Shown here: one piece after another, positions 36,347 to 47,649 of the stretch
How positions within the stretch are numbered: position 1 is the stretch's first letter
Layout of the letters: every line of letters starts with the position of its first letter
Assembly (NCBI RefSeq): GCF_947568905.1
Contig: NC_079169.1
Location: 5,952,001-6,016,000, forward strand
Source: Ostrea edulis
Taxonomy: Eukaryota
DNA length: 64,000 nucleotides
Direction: 5' to 3'
The notes under the pieces: generated by a model
Told to the model about the DNA's origin: nothing
Databases searched by the model: none
What the model saw: the letters and a program-made list of their open reading frames with translations, nothing else
Made by a program: the position numbers and the translations under genes

Positions 36347-37254
36347 TTTAATCCATTTTCAATATATCCCCTGTCCCGGGTTTACGTTAACTGGTCTTGG
36401 GAGCTGTCACAATAGGGGACCAGTTAAGAGAAAAGCAGGCTGACGTAATCAGAGTTGTGATTTAAACCCGGGACAGGGGCATATTGAAAATGGATTAAAA
36501 GCAAGTAAGTGTTGATTTCCTTGTGACGGTTTTGTGCATTGCTGTTAAATGTTTGAAAACAAATTGTCTATTGCGTAAATCCAGGTACATCTGAGTTGAA
36601 ACGTCGGTTGAAGCATAAACCGTCACCGACTCCGGCATTTACACGTTTTCCAGAATCAAAACATGAATGCTTGCGAAGAGAAGTCGATGAAGGCTATGCC
36701 TCTCGACTTCTCTAAAGAGAATAGCTCAGTGATAGAGTGTTCACATCGTAACCGAGAGGTCGTGAGTTCGAGCCCCGCTTTTGTCAGGGCCGCGTCCAAC
36801 CTAAGACTTTAAAATAGGTAGTGATTGCTCCTTCGCCAAACGCTTGGCATTTAGAAGTGAGAATCATGAGTCTTGCGGATATTACCTTAAAAACGGAGGT
36901 CACGTGTTACGAAAGGCGTTGGCATGATAAAGAACCCTCACTGCTCTGAGCGCTAAGCATAGGACTTCACCTACAGCTGGTGACGTCTCAATATGAATGA
37001 AAAATAAACATTTTTGTACATATACATGTACATGTGTATCTAAGTATTTCAACTGAGAATAACTTTTAAATATGGTTTTCTCGCAACCTAAGTGTTTCCC
37101 TAAATTATAAAGTTCATGCACATTATGAACATTTAATAATTGTACAAATTTGAAAACATTTGGGTTTTTTTTCCAAATACTACATTATGTACATGTACTT
37201 CTTGATATATTTATGTCGAAGTTCCTCATACTGCGGACAAATTAATACAAAGTA

Positions 37255-37620
37255 TCATACACCCTCCAAGTAAGGTGGGACGTATTATATTATGGCGCTG
37301 TCAGTGAGTCCGTCTGGCTGGCTGTCAGAGGTCATGTTTTCCGGGCTTTTTCCGTAATAGACGCATGTACAACTTTTAGAATTTGTCACAACTTCTCCCT
37401 CAAAAAGCAGTAAGGGTGACTTTGCTTTTCAGCTGGATTGGTGCACAGTGACCTACTTTACGGCTAAAAGTAGGTTAAGTAGTTTTCCGGACTTTTTTGG
37501 TTACAAATATAGATTAGTCACAAGCTTCCTCTCGGAGGAATACATGTTCAGTTTGCATTTCAGCTGGATTGGTGTGCCGTCACCTACTTTAAGGCTGAAG
37601 GTAGGTCACTTGTAGTGAAA
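37255..37620 (+). mobile_element. HINE-like repeat remnant with two internal sub-repeats
   Basis: Starts gtgggacgtattatattatggcgctgtc..gtccgtctg; tttcagctggattggtg...cacctacttta.ggct.aa.gtagg repeated twice. Confidence 0.5.
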
Positions 37621-37634
37621 AGGTTACCTGTAGG

Positions 37635-37733
37635 TGTCCAATAAGTTGACAATTGCTCTCCATTATTTTTAATAAAGGACAGATAATTTCCAATCTTAAA
37701 AATGTGGGACAGTAGTTGTCGACTTATTGGACA
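37635..37733. mobile_element. Small MITE with 18-bp TIRs
   Basis: tgtccaataagttgacaa ... ttgtcgacttattggaca; the same terminus recurs at about 39024. Confidence 0.6.
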
Positions 37734-38025
37734 GTGCCAAGTAACCCCAATACATTGTTAAACGTCTACAGGTACGCTGAAAATAAGAGAAAGACAATAC
37801 ATTTGTCAAAGAGATACAAATTTAATTTTAAATTCCCTACAAGTAAGAATCAACACAGATATCGAAAAAAATCACTGAAACACTTAAAACGATATTTCCC
37901 CTTCGTAGAATTCTCTGCTCCAACTTTATGGAGGTACTCTACATCGTCATAATGGCTGACTTCCTTTTAAAACATGGATGAAAATAAAAATATCAGCAAT
38001 ATTTTCCTATTCATTTAAAAATTCA

Positions 38026-38095
38026 TCGCCTAACTTAGTAGGTTAGCACGTCGACTGCTGAACTGTAGATCGCCGGTTCGAGTAATCGAGTCCAT
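38026..38095 (+). mobile_element. tRNA-like segment (degenerate A/B boxes) within a repeat
   Basis: taacttagtaggttag...gccggttcgagt; no complete cloverleaf. Confidence 0.4.
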
Positions 38096-38491
38096 CAAGG
38101 GTTTTACTTTTTTTTTCCAAATTGCTTTCTTTTAAAACTGTATTTTTTGACTAAATAGAGTAAATTTGAAAGTTTTCAATTTCAAAATATCGTTGTACAT
38201 ATCCTCCATTTTTCATCTATATCAAATAAGCGTATTGGGTTCTTTTGGCTGGCGTTAATTATTTCCTCATCCAAATATTCGAAAACACAATGCTTTTCAT
38301 ATCAAAATTTGGCTCCATAACGTTCTCACCCTCCATATCCAGAATATAACACTCTTTCAGATAGTATTCGCAGTACTTTCATTAAAATCCTCAAATTTTG
38401 ATTGTACAATGAAAATGTTCTCCCCATCGTTGATATGGCTCAGTACTACAAAGTGAGTGAATATAAAATCTGCAGTACAAGACACCCTTAA

Positions 38492-39009
38492 AGGGACTGG
38501 TTCACGATTTTTGAAAAAAATATTTTTCATTTTTGATGTTAAATATCAAAAATATAACTGATTAAACGTTGAGAGTAAAAAATTTGGAACTTCTGAACGC
38601 AAGAATAAAATTAATATTTTAGCCTTAAATCCGTGTTATGTAAACAAAGACTCGATTCTTTTCATGTATACAAACAAACCAATGAAATGTTAATTTTATA
38701 ATATAAAGCATCTTAATTTGGCATAGCCACAAATTTTAACTTTTAGATGACACATTCTACCCAAAGAATGCTATAAATGTGAAACATATAATAAACTTAG
38801 ATCGATATGGATTTCTTTTGAAATTTCGTAAACAATAATATACCGCAATCTTTGTTTACAAAACAAATAATAAACTCTTTAAAATGAGCTTCTATGATGA
38901 TGTATAACCTTAATTCTTATGTAAAATCTTTTAAACACATAAAAGATAATAGATTTTGACCATTAAAAGTGAAAAACAAAATTTTGGGGGAAATCGTGAA
39001 TCAGTCCCT
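38492..39009 (+). mobile_element. Non-autonomous DNA transposon, Kolobok-like (TTAA TSD, AG...CT termini)
   Basis: ttaa|agggactggttcacgattt ... aaatcgtgaatcagtccct|ttaa. Confidence 0.85.
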
Positions 39010-39683
39010 TTAATTAATGACACTGTCCAATAAGTGAACAAAAGAAACAGACTTCTACGCAAGACTGGTTTTATTGTCAGACTATTCAAAAATAGCTTTA
39101 TTCATAATTTTCATTGTCAATGGGTTTACCGGAACCTGCCCATTCTTAGAACAAAAGATGTAATGTTTTTAGTAGGATATAAGCCAAAAACTGTCCATTC
39201 TGTGAGAGAAACAACTGATCTCGGTCTTGCGGGCCTCGATCAGTTCTTTCTCCCACAGAATGGACAGTTTTTGGCTTATATCCTCTACATAGACGCACTT
39301 AATGCGTTACACAACAGACACAGAGATCGTCATTTGCGTCTCTGTCTTCAGACCGACTTGTGGACATGTTTTTCATTCTTTTATCATTTGATATTTATTG
39401 TCGTCATGAAATTACGGCGATTTTGATTGGCTGAAAAATTCGTTTCATTTCTGCATCAAAGAAAACCTGATTTTGGCTTCATGTTGTGTATTGATACGTC
39501 GTGTGGATTTGAAAACAAAATCATGATTTATTGTAAAGTTTTTAATTAGCATTTAAAGGAATATTTATTATTTTTTCGTTTGATGGAGGTGTATATCACG
39601 AAAAATTAAGAGGGAAAACACTATGATGCAATTTTCCGTCTCTTTTTTTTCTCGTGGTATACGCGCATGATATAAAGTTTTCC

Positions 39684-39706
39684 GGGGGTTTGGGTGGGGG
39701 TGGGGG
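39684..39706 (+). other. Canonical G-quadruplex-forming motif
   Basis: ggggg-ttt-ggg-t-ggggg-t-ggggg. Confidence 0.7.
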
Positions 39707-39824
39707 TCGTGGTAGACCTCCATCCAGCGAAAACTAATAAATTCATTCCTTAAATCAAAACCGAATACTGGCTTCCCTCACATCCAATAGAAGCTTAATC
39801 TATCAGCATTCTTATTATTCACCT

Positions 39825-40128
39825 TATGCATGCGGAAGGCCGGGGTTCGAATCCCGGCCGCGACAGACCTAAGTCGTTAAAACAGGTAGTGACAGTTCCA
39901 TCGCCAAACGCTCGGCATCAGGTGTGAATGTGACGGGTCCTCGGAGATGACCTTGAAAACGGATATCCCGTGTCATAGTAGGTGTGCCGCGCTAAAGAAC
40001 CCTCACTGCTCAATTACCGTAAGCGCCGAGTATAAATTTGAAGCCCTTCACAGGTCTTGGTGACGTCTCCATATGAATGAAAAATTCTCGAGAGAGACGT
40101 TAAACAAGATACAATCAATCAATCAATC
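39825..40128 (+). mobile_element. tRNA-derived SINE S2 (variant with S1-like tail)
   Basis: B box ggttcgaatccc; body gtcgttaaaacaggtagtgac...gctaaagaaccctcactgctc; tail gcccttcac...ggtgacgtctccatatg...(caat)n. Confidence 0.9.
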
Positions 40129-40390
40129 AAAATATGTATATATAAATGCAGTCTCTCTATTAGGAACTTTCGTGGTCACTCAATAGACTGGAATTATACA
40201 CTGCATGTAAAAAAAAAAGTGTATATTAATTAACTGCCAGGTTTGACTCGCTCTTTACATGTAATTATATCAGATTCTGTATATAAAAAAAGCATATATA
40301 AATTCTTTCATTTTATTTACCAATTAATCACATATATGTGAATTTTTTAAACTATAATTTAGAAAATTGCAAGGCTTTCATTCATGTGTG

Positions 40391-40548
40391 CAGTGGCGTA
40401 GCTTCCATTGAGGCAACCGAGGCAGCTGCCTCGGTAAAAAAAACACAACATACCGCCTTTTACGTTGATAAAATGTCGATAGGTTCTGGGGGGCTGTGCC
40501 CCCCAGACCCCCTGCCTCGGTAATATTCGAACCCAAGCTACGCCTATG
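40391..40548. mobile_element. Small MITE (cagtggcgtagc ... gctacgcc termini)
   Basis: Short TIR with an internal ggggctgtgcccc hairpin; no clear TSD. Confidence 0.6.
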
Positions 40549-41340
40549 TGCGTAAATAACATTTAATGTTCTGGTAAGTATTTGACTGACTGATTTCCAT
40601 TATCAATAAAGCAATACGTGGTTATGCAGAAACAGCGGCTTTTAAATTTGGTTTGAGGATTCAAATAGCTTCCTCTGACGCTTGTACTTCTATGATTATT
40701 TTTGTTTATTTCTTAAAATCAAAGTCGATTTTCGTTTATTTAACCTTAACATGCATCAAGTGCTATTTAAGTCAACTCAAGACATTTTATATCAGGTCTT
40801 ACGTGTATTTGACGAGAGTTTTTTTGCAGAGAACTGAATGTGAAAAAGGAACGCCATCTGCTTTGCCATTCAATCATATCGTCTTATGATGGATTGTCAA
40901 ATATTTTTATAAGTAAGCATTGCGATTCGTCATTGTTATATGCATTTTATATCACCTGAACTTTAAAATGATTGACCCTGTGCTCTATTGACTATACGCT
41001 TTAGTACATAACGTGTTCTTCATTCCAAATTTTAAATTCCGACAAACATGATAACTAGATTTCCAGAAAATTTATATTTCTCTTTGCAGTATTTTAGAGT
41101 GACTTAGTGTCTTTTAGTATTGCAGTTTCAATTTCTTGAGATTCCTTGAGCAAAAATTATATAATGTTACAATATTCATTAGCATACATGTGCATTTGTC
41201 TTATGTTATACAGGTTTCACAATAATGCGAGATGCACGCCAAGATGTTATTTTGCATCAAAACTTCCGCGTCTTCAGAGAGATGAGCTTGCAATTTTATG
41301 AACAAATATTGTGCCATCATTATAATTCGGGGTTTTCATT

Positions 41341-41522
41341 GCCCCTTCGCCAAACCCTCGACATTTGGAAGTGAGATGTGACCTTAAGAACGGAGGTCCC
41401 GTATTGCGACAGGCACACGTTAACGAACCCTCAGTGAGGATAGATCTAACATTATGTTACCTCACCTACTGCTGGTGACGTCTAAATATGAGTTGATTTT
41501 TTTTTTCAAAAGGACGTAAAAT
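41341..41522 (+). mobile_element. Decayed SINE S2 body and tail
   Basis: cttcgccaaac.ctcg.cattt.gaagtgaga...cggaggtcccgt...cacctac.gctggtgacgtct. Confidence 0.75.
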
Positions 41523-42570
41523 AAAGAACTTGATCAATCTTTTATTTTAGAGAAACCGAATACAAGAAATCTCATCCAGGCAAGCATGAAATTATTTGGC
41601 AATCCCCCACCCCCTTATAAATTTAAATGATTCCACGATGTAATTTGTATATTTTTTATCACATTTTAATTTGTACGTATTTTGAGAACTGCCACGTGAC
41701 TTCTTCGTCAGCAATAGTGACCGCATCACATAATTCACGTTGGCTTCAAATTTTACACTGACTGCCTCCTCGTGCAAAATACCTGTAATCACACGTACTT
41801 TAAAGCACATCAAGGCTCAGCGGACTACCATTTGCACAAATAATTAACACCTGTTCTATAATCTAGAAGGTATTGAAACATATGATCTACGGTAATTGAT
41901 CACTAAAGCGGTCGGGGCCACTTCGGAAGTATTGTGGATAGTTACCTATATCGACCGTATCACAATTACTGCTAATTCAAATGAATAATATTCAGGTTGC
42001 GTGTCGTGAACATTTTCGAGGCTGCGTGATTACAGGGATCAGTTAGGTTTAACATCATTTGTAAATTAATGTGATAAACATGTGCTGTAATGTTCTTTTA
42101 ATACATAGAATAATATACACCCACTTTAAGTATTGTGATGTATGTACGAAAGCGTGACCTTGGAAGTGCAAATTGAAATAAGGATATTTTTTTAAAAACC
42201 TAGTAACTTTCTTGCTGATTTGCCAAAACATACATGCGCATGCAAACAAGATCTTACATAATCATTTGCATCAATGAGAAAAGTTTAGAAATTTTAAAAC
42301 AATTCTACGATGTTCTCATCGCTGAATATGTGTTTAGCGAAAAGGAAAATGTTAATTTCAAACTATAGTCTGCGCATTAAGCTGTAGAGAGGTTCTAAAC
42401 AAATCAATTTGCAAAATTACTCGATATCTATATGGTTTAATGATATAACATGTCCCATTCCTGTCTCCAAATGAAATGTATGACATGTTTCTCCTAAAGT
42501 TTTTTTTTAAAATTTAATTTTGTTGTTGTTATTTGATTATTATTTTTTTTTTGCATCACAGAAAGTTAAA

Positions 42571-43482
42571 CTGGAATGGAGGATTTCCATCAGCCAGTTG
42601 TTATTTACACATTATGACAGCACTACATGTATATAAAACATTGGAATGGAGGATTTCCATCAGCCAGTTGTTATTTACACAGTATGACAGCACTACATGT
42701 ATATAAAACATTGGAATGGAGGATTTCTATCAGCCAGTTGTTATTTACACAGTATGACAGCACTACATGTATATAAAACACTGGAATGGAGGATTTCTGT
42801 CAGCCAGTTGTTATTTACACAGTGTGACAGCACTACATGTATATAAAACATTGGAATGGAGGATTTCTATCAGCCAGTTGTTATTTACACAGTATGACAG
42901 CACTACATGTATATAAAACACTGGAATGGAGGATTTCTGTCAGCCAGTTGTTATTTACACAGTGTGACAGCACTACATGTATATAAAACATTGGAATGGG
43001 TGATTTCTGTCAGCCAGTTGTTATTTACAGTGTGACAGTACTACATGTATATAAAACACTGGAATGGAGGATTTCTGTCAGCCAGTTGTTATTTACACAG
43101 TATGACAGCACTACATGTATATAAAACACTGGAATGGAAGATTTCTGTCAGCCAGTTGTTATTTACACAGTATGACAGCACTACATGTATATAAAACACT
43201 GGAATGGAGGATTTCTGTCAGCCAGTTGTTATTTACACAGTGTGACATCACTACATGTATATAAAACATTGGAATGGAAGATTTCTGTCAGCCAGTTGTT
43301 ATTTACACAGTGTGACATCACTACATGTATATAAAACATTGGAATGGAGGATTTCTGTCAGCCAGTTGTTATTTACACAGCGTGACAGCACTACATGTAT
43401 ATAAAACACTGGAATGGAGGATTTATGTCAGCCAGTTGTTATTTACACAGTATGACATCACTACATGTATATAAAACATTGG
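42571..43482. repeat. 70-bp tandem array, 13 units
   Basis: Unit tggaatggaggatttctgtcagccagttgttatttacacagtatgacagcactacatgtatataaaaca(c/t); period checked at 42571/42641. Confidence 0.96.
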
Positions 43483-44033
43483 CCCCCTCATTATACCCGA
43501 GGCTGATTTAATGACAAATACGATGAAACTGCTCATTACCAACCTCCCTGAAAACCGGACAAATTCAAGTTTATTCATATTCTCACAACTACAAATATGT
43601 TGAATACCAGGACAATACACATTGTTACATATAAATACATACAATTTCTAGTTACATGTACAAGAACACACAAGTTTATCGTGCATGGCACTAATCCACT
43701 GACGTATTCTTACATGCAGCGGTCTCCCAGAGTCCCTGTGCTTCATGTTGATTAATGCCAGAGTTCAACTTACTTTGGGTCATCATGAGAATAGCGATGC
43801 AGGTATGTAAATTTGTTTGAAAAACGAGTTTGTTTTTAATTTGAATTCTACATATTGCGTACATGTCTTTCACTGTCGCACTATGTATAGTTGTTATAAA
43901 GATTCAAGCAGCAACAAACCATTCTAACCCATTACTGTTAAGTGTTCTTGTCAATGGGTATTTATTTTGCAGTTGAAATTTTGTACCTGCAATCTGGGAG
44001 AAAAATAAAGATTGAAAAGTTTTGTCATTTAAA

Positions 44034-44111
44034 ATGCAAAAACGCTTTATGTCACCATTGAAATTAATAAAACGACAATCAAAGGACTCCGACAAGTGTG
44101 ACTCACGGCCG
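44034..44111 (+). CDS. Possible orphan first coding exon (MQKRFMSPLKLIKRQSKDSDKCDSRP)
   Basis: Acceptor ttattttgcag at 43972, ATG at 44034, perfect donor CCG|GTAAGT at 44111; no homology recognised. Confidence 0.2.
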
Positions 44112-46170
44112 GGTAAGTGCATTTCCGATAGAGATAAGTTTTATGCACATATATAATACGACGATGCATGCGAAGATTACTGGGGACGCTCTTGTCTTTA
44201 CCAGGGTATTAAGTCGGCGCAATAACTACAAAGGAAACACGGGCTACAGATAATAACACACCTGGACAAAAGAATAATTTATGAGACCACTCCTGTAACC
44301 TGAGATATATAGACTTGTGATAAATCGTATTAAGGTAAATCAAAATGAGATGATGTATTTAGCATATAAAATACGATAGCCATTTATCACAATAAAAATT
44401 CATCATAACCGTCATCTTTATCTTGTTTGTAGGTTTCATTCACAAGTCTCGGATGAGTCATTGTACGTATGACGGATTGTCAATACAATGCGAAGATTTA
44501 ACCAATTAAAGGTGAAAAATAAATATCCGTGTTCAATCGCCGTGTTACTGGCTTTAACATGGGTTTTAAGAGTAAATAATGTTATCTGTGGCGACACTAG
44601 GTGTCGTTTTCTACCAGCACACCGACCAGCAAGACATCGCTTATGTTTTTACTATGCCCGATATCATGCTAGATTATCGGAGATAAGAAGGCGGCGAGGC
44701 TCTTAAATTAAAAAATTTCTAAGTGTCCAAATAAGTATAGGCGCTCCCTCTGTAGATATCTTTAATACAAGCAGTTTTCATCCTTTAAAAAAGATCAAAG
44801 TATCGGATTTTGTCAATGGCACTTTTTTCATTGCTCGACGCACAAAACGTAGCGTATGTATAATACTACACTTTACAGTCACCTGAGATAGGAATTAAAT
44901 TTGCCCGAGTTGTCAAAGGCATCACCGCTGTTTTGAAATCAATATACTATGGGCCGATCATTTTTCTATGGCGTCTTTGTACGTCGCTCTCATTCATAAA
45001 GTTGTGAGAAAATGATATACAAGAGGGTCTTGAATCAAGACGTTATTCATGGAAGAAAATGGAGATCTCGAATTAGCGTTTCCCCTAAGAAAGATTTTCT
45101 GACGCATGCAATAACGAGTACTTGTCAAACACTTAACACAGTAAAGGCCAATACGACACAACTAGTATTTAACAGTCTCCCCTCGCTCACAAAAAGTTTC
45201 AAGTTATTTTTTCTACAGTACTTCATTTGTATAAAGAGTATCTTTTCAAACTTTTGTTCTAAAAATAAAACGGTCGCATTTCATTAAATATAAACTAAAT
45301 GAAAAAGGTGCGTGTTTATCAAAGAATGAAATCATTGCGGTGTTGTATTTATTGAAAATTTCAAGTTTGTTAACACATTAATGCTCTTGTTCGAAAAATT
45401 ATAAATTGCATGTTCAAATGTAAAGTACAGGGTATTATGAGTAAATGCGGTTAATGCACTTAACCCGATATCACATCGGGGACCTCTTCAAGGACTCCCA
45501 ACCAAGCACCCGAAATATCTTTCACACATAATAATTCTAAATGGGGTACCCTTGATAAACCTGTCACATCGTGGCTATTGTACCTCCAAGAATTAATCCC
45601 ACCACATAAATGACCACAGAAACGGTTTGTGAACGTTTTCATCCGTGTGGTAACACAATACTTGGAGATAGAGACATCTTGTAGATCAAAATCTTTCATT
45701 CATAAAATTAAACTTGACTCCTGTGCAACCTCGTATACAAATGATTAAAATATATTGTTCATTATATCACAATTATCACAATAATGAGTTTGATATTTTA
45801 TCAGTTTCGGGGAGTGTAATTCACACAATGAACATTAAAATGTTGATTCATTCATTATTTCTGTAATCTGCCGTGTGGAGTAGAAATATTGCCCTATCAT
45901 CGTGATCAGGTAGTCTGTGGATTCTGTTATTGTGTCCCAGGATTGTTTTCTGCCGGAGAACACTGAATACAGTGCTTGCGATGATCTTACAATATTGCGA
46001 TGAACAGATTGCATTATTGATATACGTGAAACAAGCACGCAAATAACCCTCAAAAAGTCAATCTACATGTATCATACCCTATAATTTGTGATTTCTCGGA
46101 ATCAGAAGACAAGTATGAACTTCATATACGAGATTTATAAGCTCCAAGTACAGAGCAGTATATATGTGTG

Positions 46171-46173
<3 letters not shown>

Positions 46174-46229
<56 letters not shown>
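46174..46229. repeat. (AT)n microsatellite
   Basis: Direct reading; a second (AT)n lies at about 46402-46433. Confidence 0.95.
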
Positions 46230-46231
<2 letters not shown>

Positions 46232-46261
46232 TTTATAAGAATAATAATAAAAAAAAAGAAG

Positions 46262-46312
46262 CATTAAAACACTTTTTGAAACATTTCAGCCGTTTTACCA
46301 GCCTTCATCAGT
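46262..46312 (-). ncRNA. Inverted, stem-I-deficient copy of hammerhead motif A
   Basis: Minus strand: CTGATGA aggctggtaaaacggct GAAA tgtttc; the 5' stem-I strand is missing. Confidence 0.6.
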
Positions 46313-46335
46313 TTTAAAAGGCTATGCATTTTAAT

Positions 46336-46388
46336 AAACACGACTGATGAAGGATGGTAAAACGGCTGAAATATTTCGAAAAGTGTTT
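46336..46388 (+). ncRNA. Minimal type I hammerhead ribozyme motif A
   Basis: aaacacga-CTGATGA(46344-46350)-stem II-GAAA(46368-46371)-palindromic stem III ATAT-T-tcg...tgttt; stem I cga/tcg plus aaaca/tgttt; predicted cleavage after 46375. Confidence 0.72.
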
Positions 46389-46402
46389 TAATGTTTTTTT
46401 AT

Positions 46403-46435
<33 letters not shown>

Positions 46436-46464
46436 AGAAAATCCCAAATTATCACATAGTAATC

Positions 46465-46505
46465 AACGATCAGTTCCTGCCAAGTACTTTCGCCTTCCGG
46501 CTCTT
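46465..46505 (-). ncRNA. Inverted, 5'-truncated copy of hammerhead motif B
   Basis: Minus strand: aaga gccggaaggc GAAA gtact tggcagg; lacks the CUG of the core. Confidence 0.55.
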
Positions 46506-46573
46506 GTCTTGAATTCATAATAATAATTATTATTAATTATAATAATTATTAATAATAATTAATTCAGGACAAA

Positions 46574-46608
46574 CTGTTTGAAGAGCCGGAAGGCGAAAGT
46601 ACTTGCAG
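46574..46608 (+). ncRNA. Minimal type I hammerhead ribozyme motif B (C3U variant)
   Basis: ctgt-TTGAAGA-gcc(ggaa)ggc-GAA-AGTACT-T-gcag; stem I ctgt/gcag, 3-bp stem II, palindromic stem III; predicted cleavage after 46604. Confidence 0.68.
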
Positions 46609-46649
46609 GTACTGATCGTTCATTTTGGATTTTATTCTTTTAGATTATT

Positions 46650-46765
46650 TCCCGAGGCCCCATGTCACAGCAGGTTTGGCGCAGTAAAGAACCGTCCCTG
46701 CTCAAAGGCCGTAAGCGTCGCGCATAGGCCTAAATTTTGCAGCCCTTCTGACTTCACCGGCAACA
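46650..46765 (+). mobile_element. SINE S1 body fragment
   Basis: cgaggccccatgtcacagcagg...tccctgctcaaaggccgtaagcg...gcataggcctaaattttgcagcccttc. Confidence 0.85.
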
Positions 46766-47195
46766 AACCAAGCAAATCATAGATGGACGAAACATCCATC
46801 TTAACTCTTGTGAACTAATAGAGAAATTTGGTTACAACTTAAAAAAAATTTAGTCATCAAAAAGTCATTGCAGTACAATATCTTGTTTTCATATACAAAA
46901 TAGTATTTTAAGAAATATAGGTCCTAAATCCCACTGCACTGTAAACTGAGGATCTCGTGATTGATACCGGTATACTAAATTATGACGTGATACTTGAAGT
47001 GATAGAGGGCGCTGTAAATAGTTATGAAAGAATAATATCCATCCTGTAAGAGGTTTTCATCTTTCGTGTCAAGCATTTGTCTGATAAGAGTTGATGATCG
47101 ATAGCGTGTCTGCAAATGTTTATTGACCTATTTTTTTTTTTACATGAAAAATCAAGAATCTATCTTGGTATTCTTATTTCATATACCGATTCAGG

Positions 47196-47383
47196 AATGA
47201 ATGAAGATAACGTACAGCGATCAATCTCTTGACTTAAAGAAAACAATATTAAGAGTAGGACAAACACGGACCAGATGTCCAGATCAGGTGAATGAGAGGA
47301 GTAAGCATCCCACGCGACCGGTCACACCCGCTGTGAGTCCTATATCTTCATCGGGTAAACGGAGTTATCCCTAGTTAAAAATC
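47196..47383 (-). mobile_element. Penelope-like 3' UTR fragment (diverged)
   Basis: gaagataacgtacagcgatcaatctc...gaggagtaagcatccc...gaccggtcacacccgctgtgag...gtaaacggagttatcc. Confidence 0.8.
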
Positions 47384-47649
47384 GGGTAACCGAATATGAC
47401 ACTTTGTATTGTTTCCTCCAACCCGATTGCAATATTCCATCTTTCAGTATAATAATTGTTTATTTTATTCCGTTATGTATAAATATCGGTGTCCCCATCG
47501 CTGTTTCATTCAATTCTGGGTCACGTTCTAATATCGTTGTATGGTTTCGATTATAGGATTGTCGTGGCTATGTATTTTTTAATTTAATGGATGAGTGTAA
47601 ATACTCCTGTATTTATTCTTCTATTTACAATCATCCAATAAATATTACA

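Larger units (their letters stand above)
35019..36723. mobile_element. Foldback/MITE-like DNA element (about 600 bp without the nested insert; arms about 265 bp, spacer about 78 bp), 9- or 11-bp TSD
   Basis: 35019-35248 is the reverse complement of about 36493-36723 with few mismatches; the left arm resumes at 36347-36384 (inverted to 36462-36500); flanks gctcagtgg / gctcagtga. Confidence 0.88.
35001..37005 (+). mobile_element. tRNA-derived SINE S2 split in its A box by a foldback element (head 35001-35018, remainder 36724-37005)
   Basis: cccgtggtagctcagtgg | insertion | gctcagtgatagagtgttcacatcgtaaccgagaggtcgtgagttcgagcc (B box), then S2 body and tail. Confidence 0.88.

Noticed and set aside
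36683-36710. gatgaaggctatgcc resembling a hammerhead core in the foldback arm
   Set aside because: No CUGA and no GAAA; it is a simple hairpin.
35001-36775. Functional tRNA genes at SINE heads (also 29620-29676, 38026-38095, 39825-39865)
   Set aside because: No complete cloverleaf or acceptor stem; each runs into a SINE or repeat body.
39034-39426. 130-aa ORF
   Set aside because: GTG start inside repeat-like sequence next to a transposon end; no domain.
44741-47014. Two CTCF-like cores (AGAGGGAGC on minus at ~44744-44752, AGAGGGCGC at ~47004-47012) flanking the hammerhead cluster
   Set aside because: 5' halves do not match the consensus; expected by chance in 64 kb.
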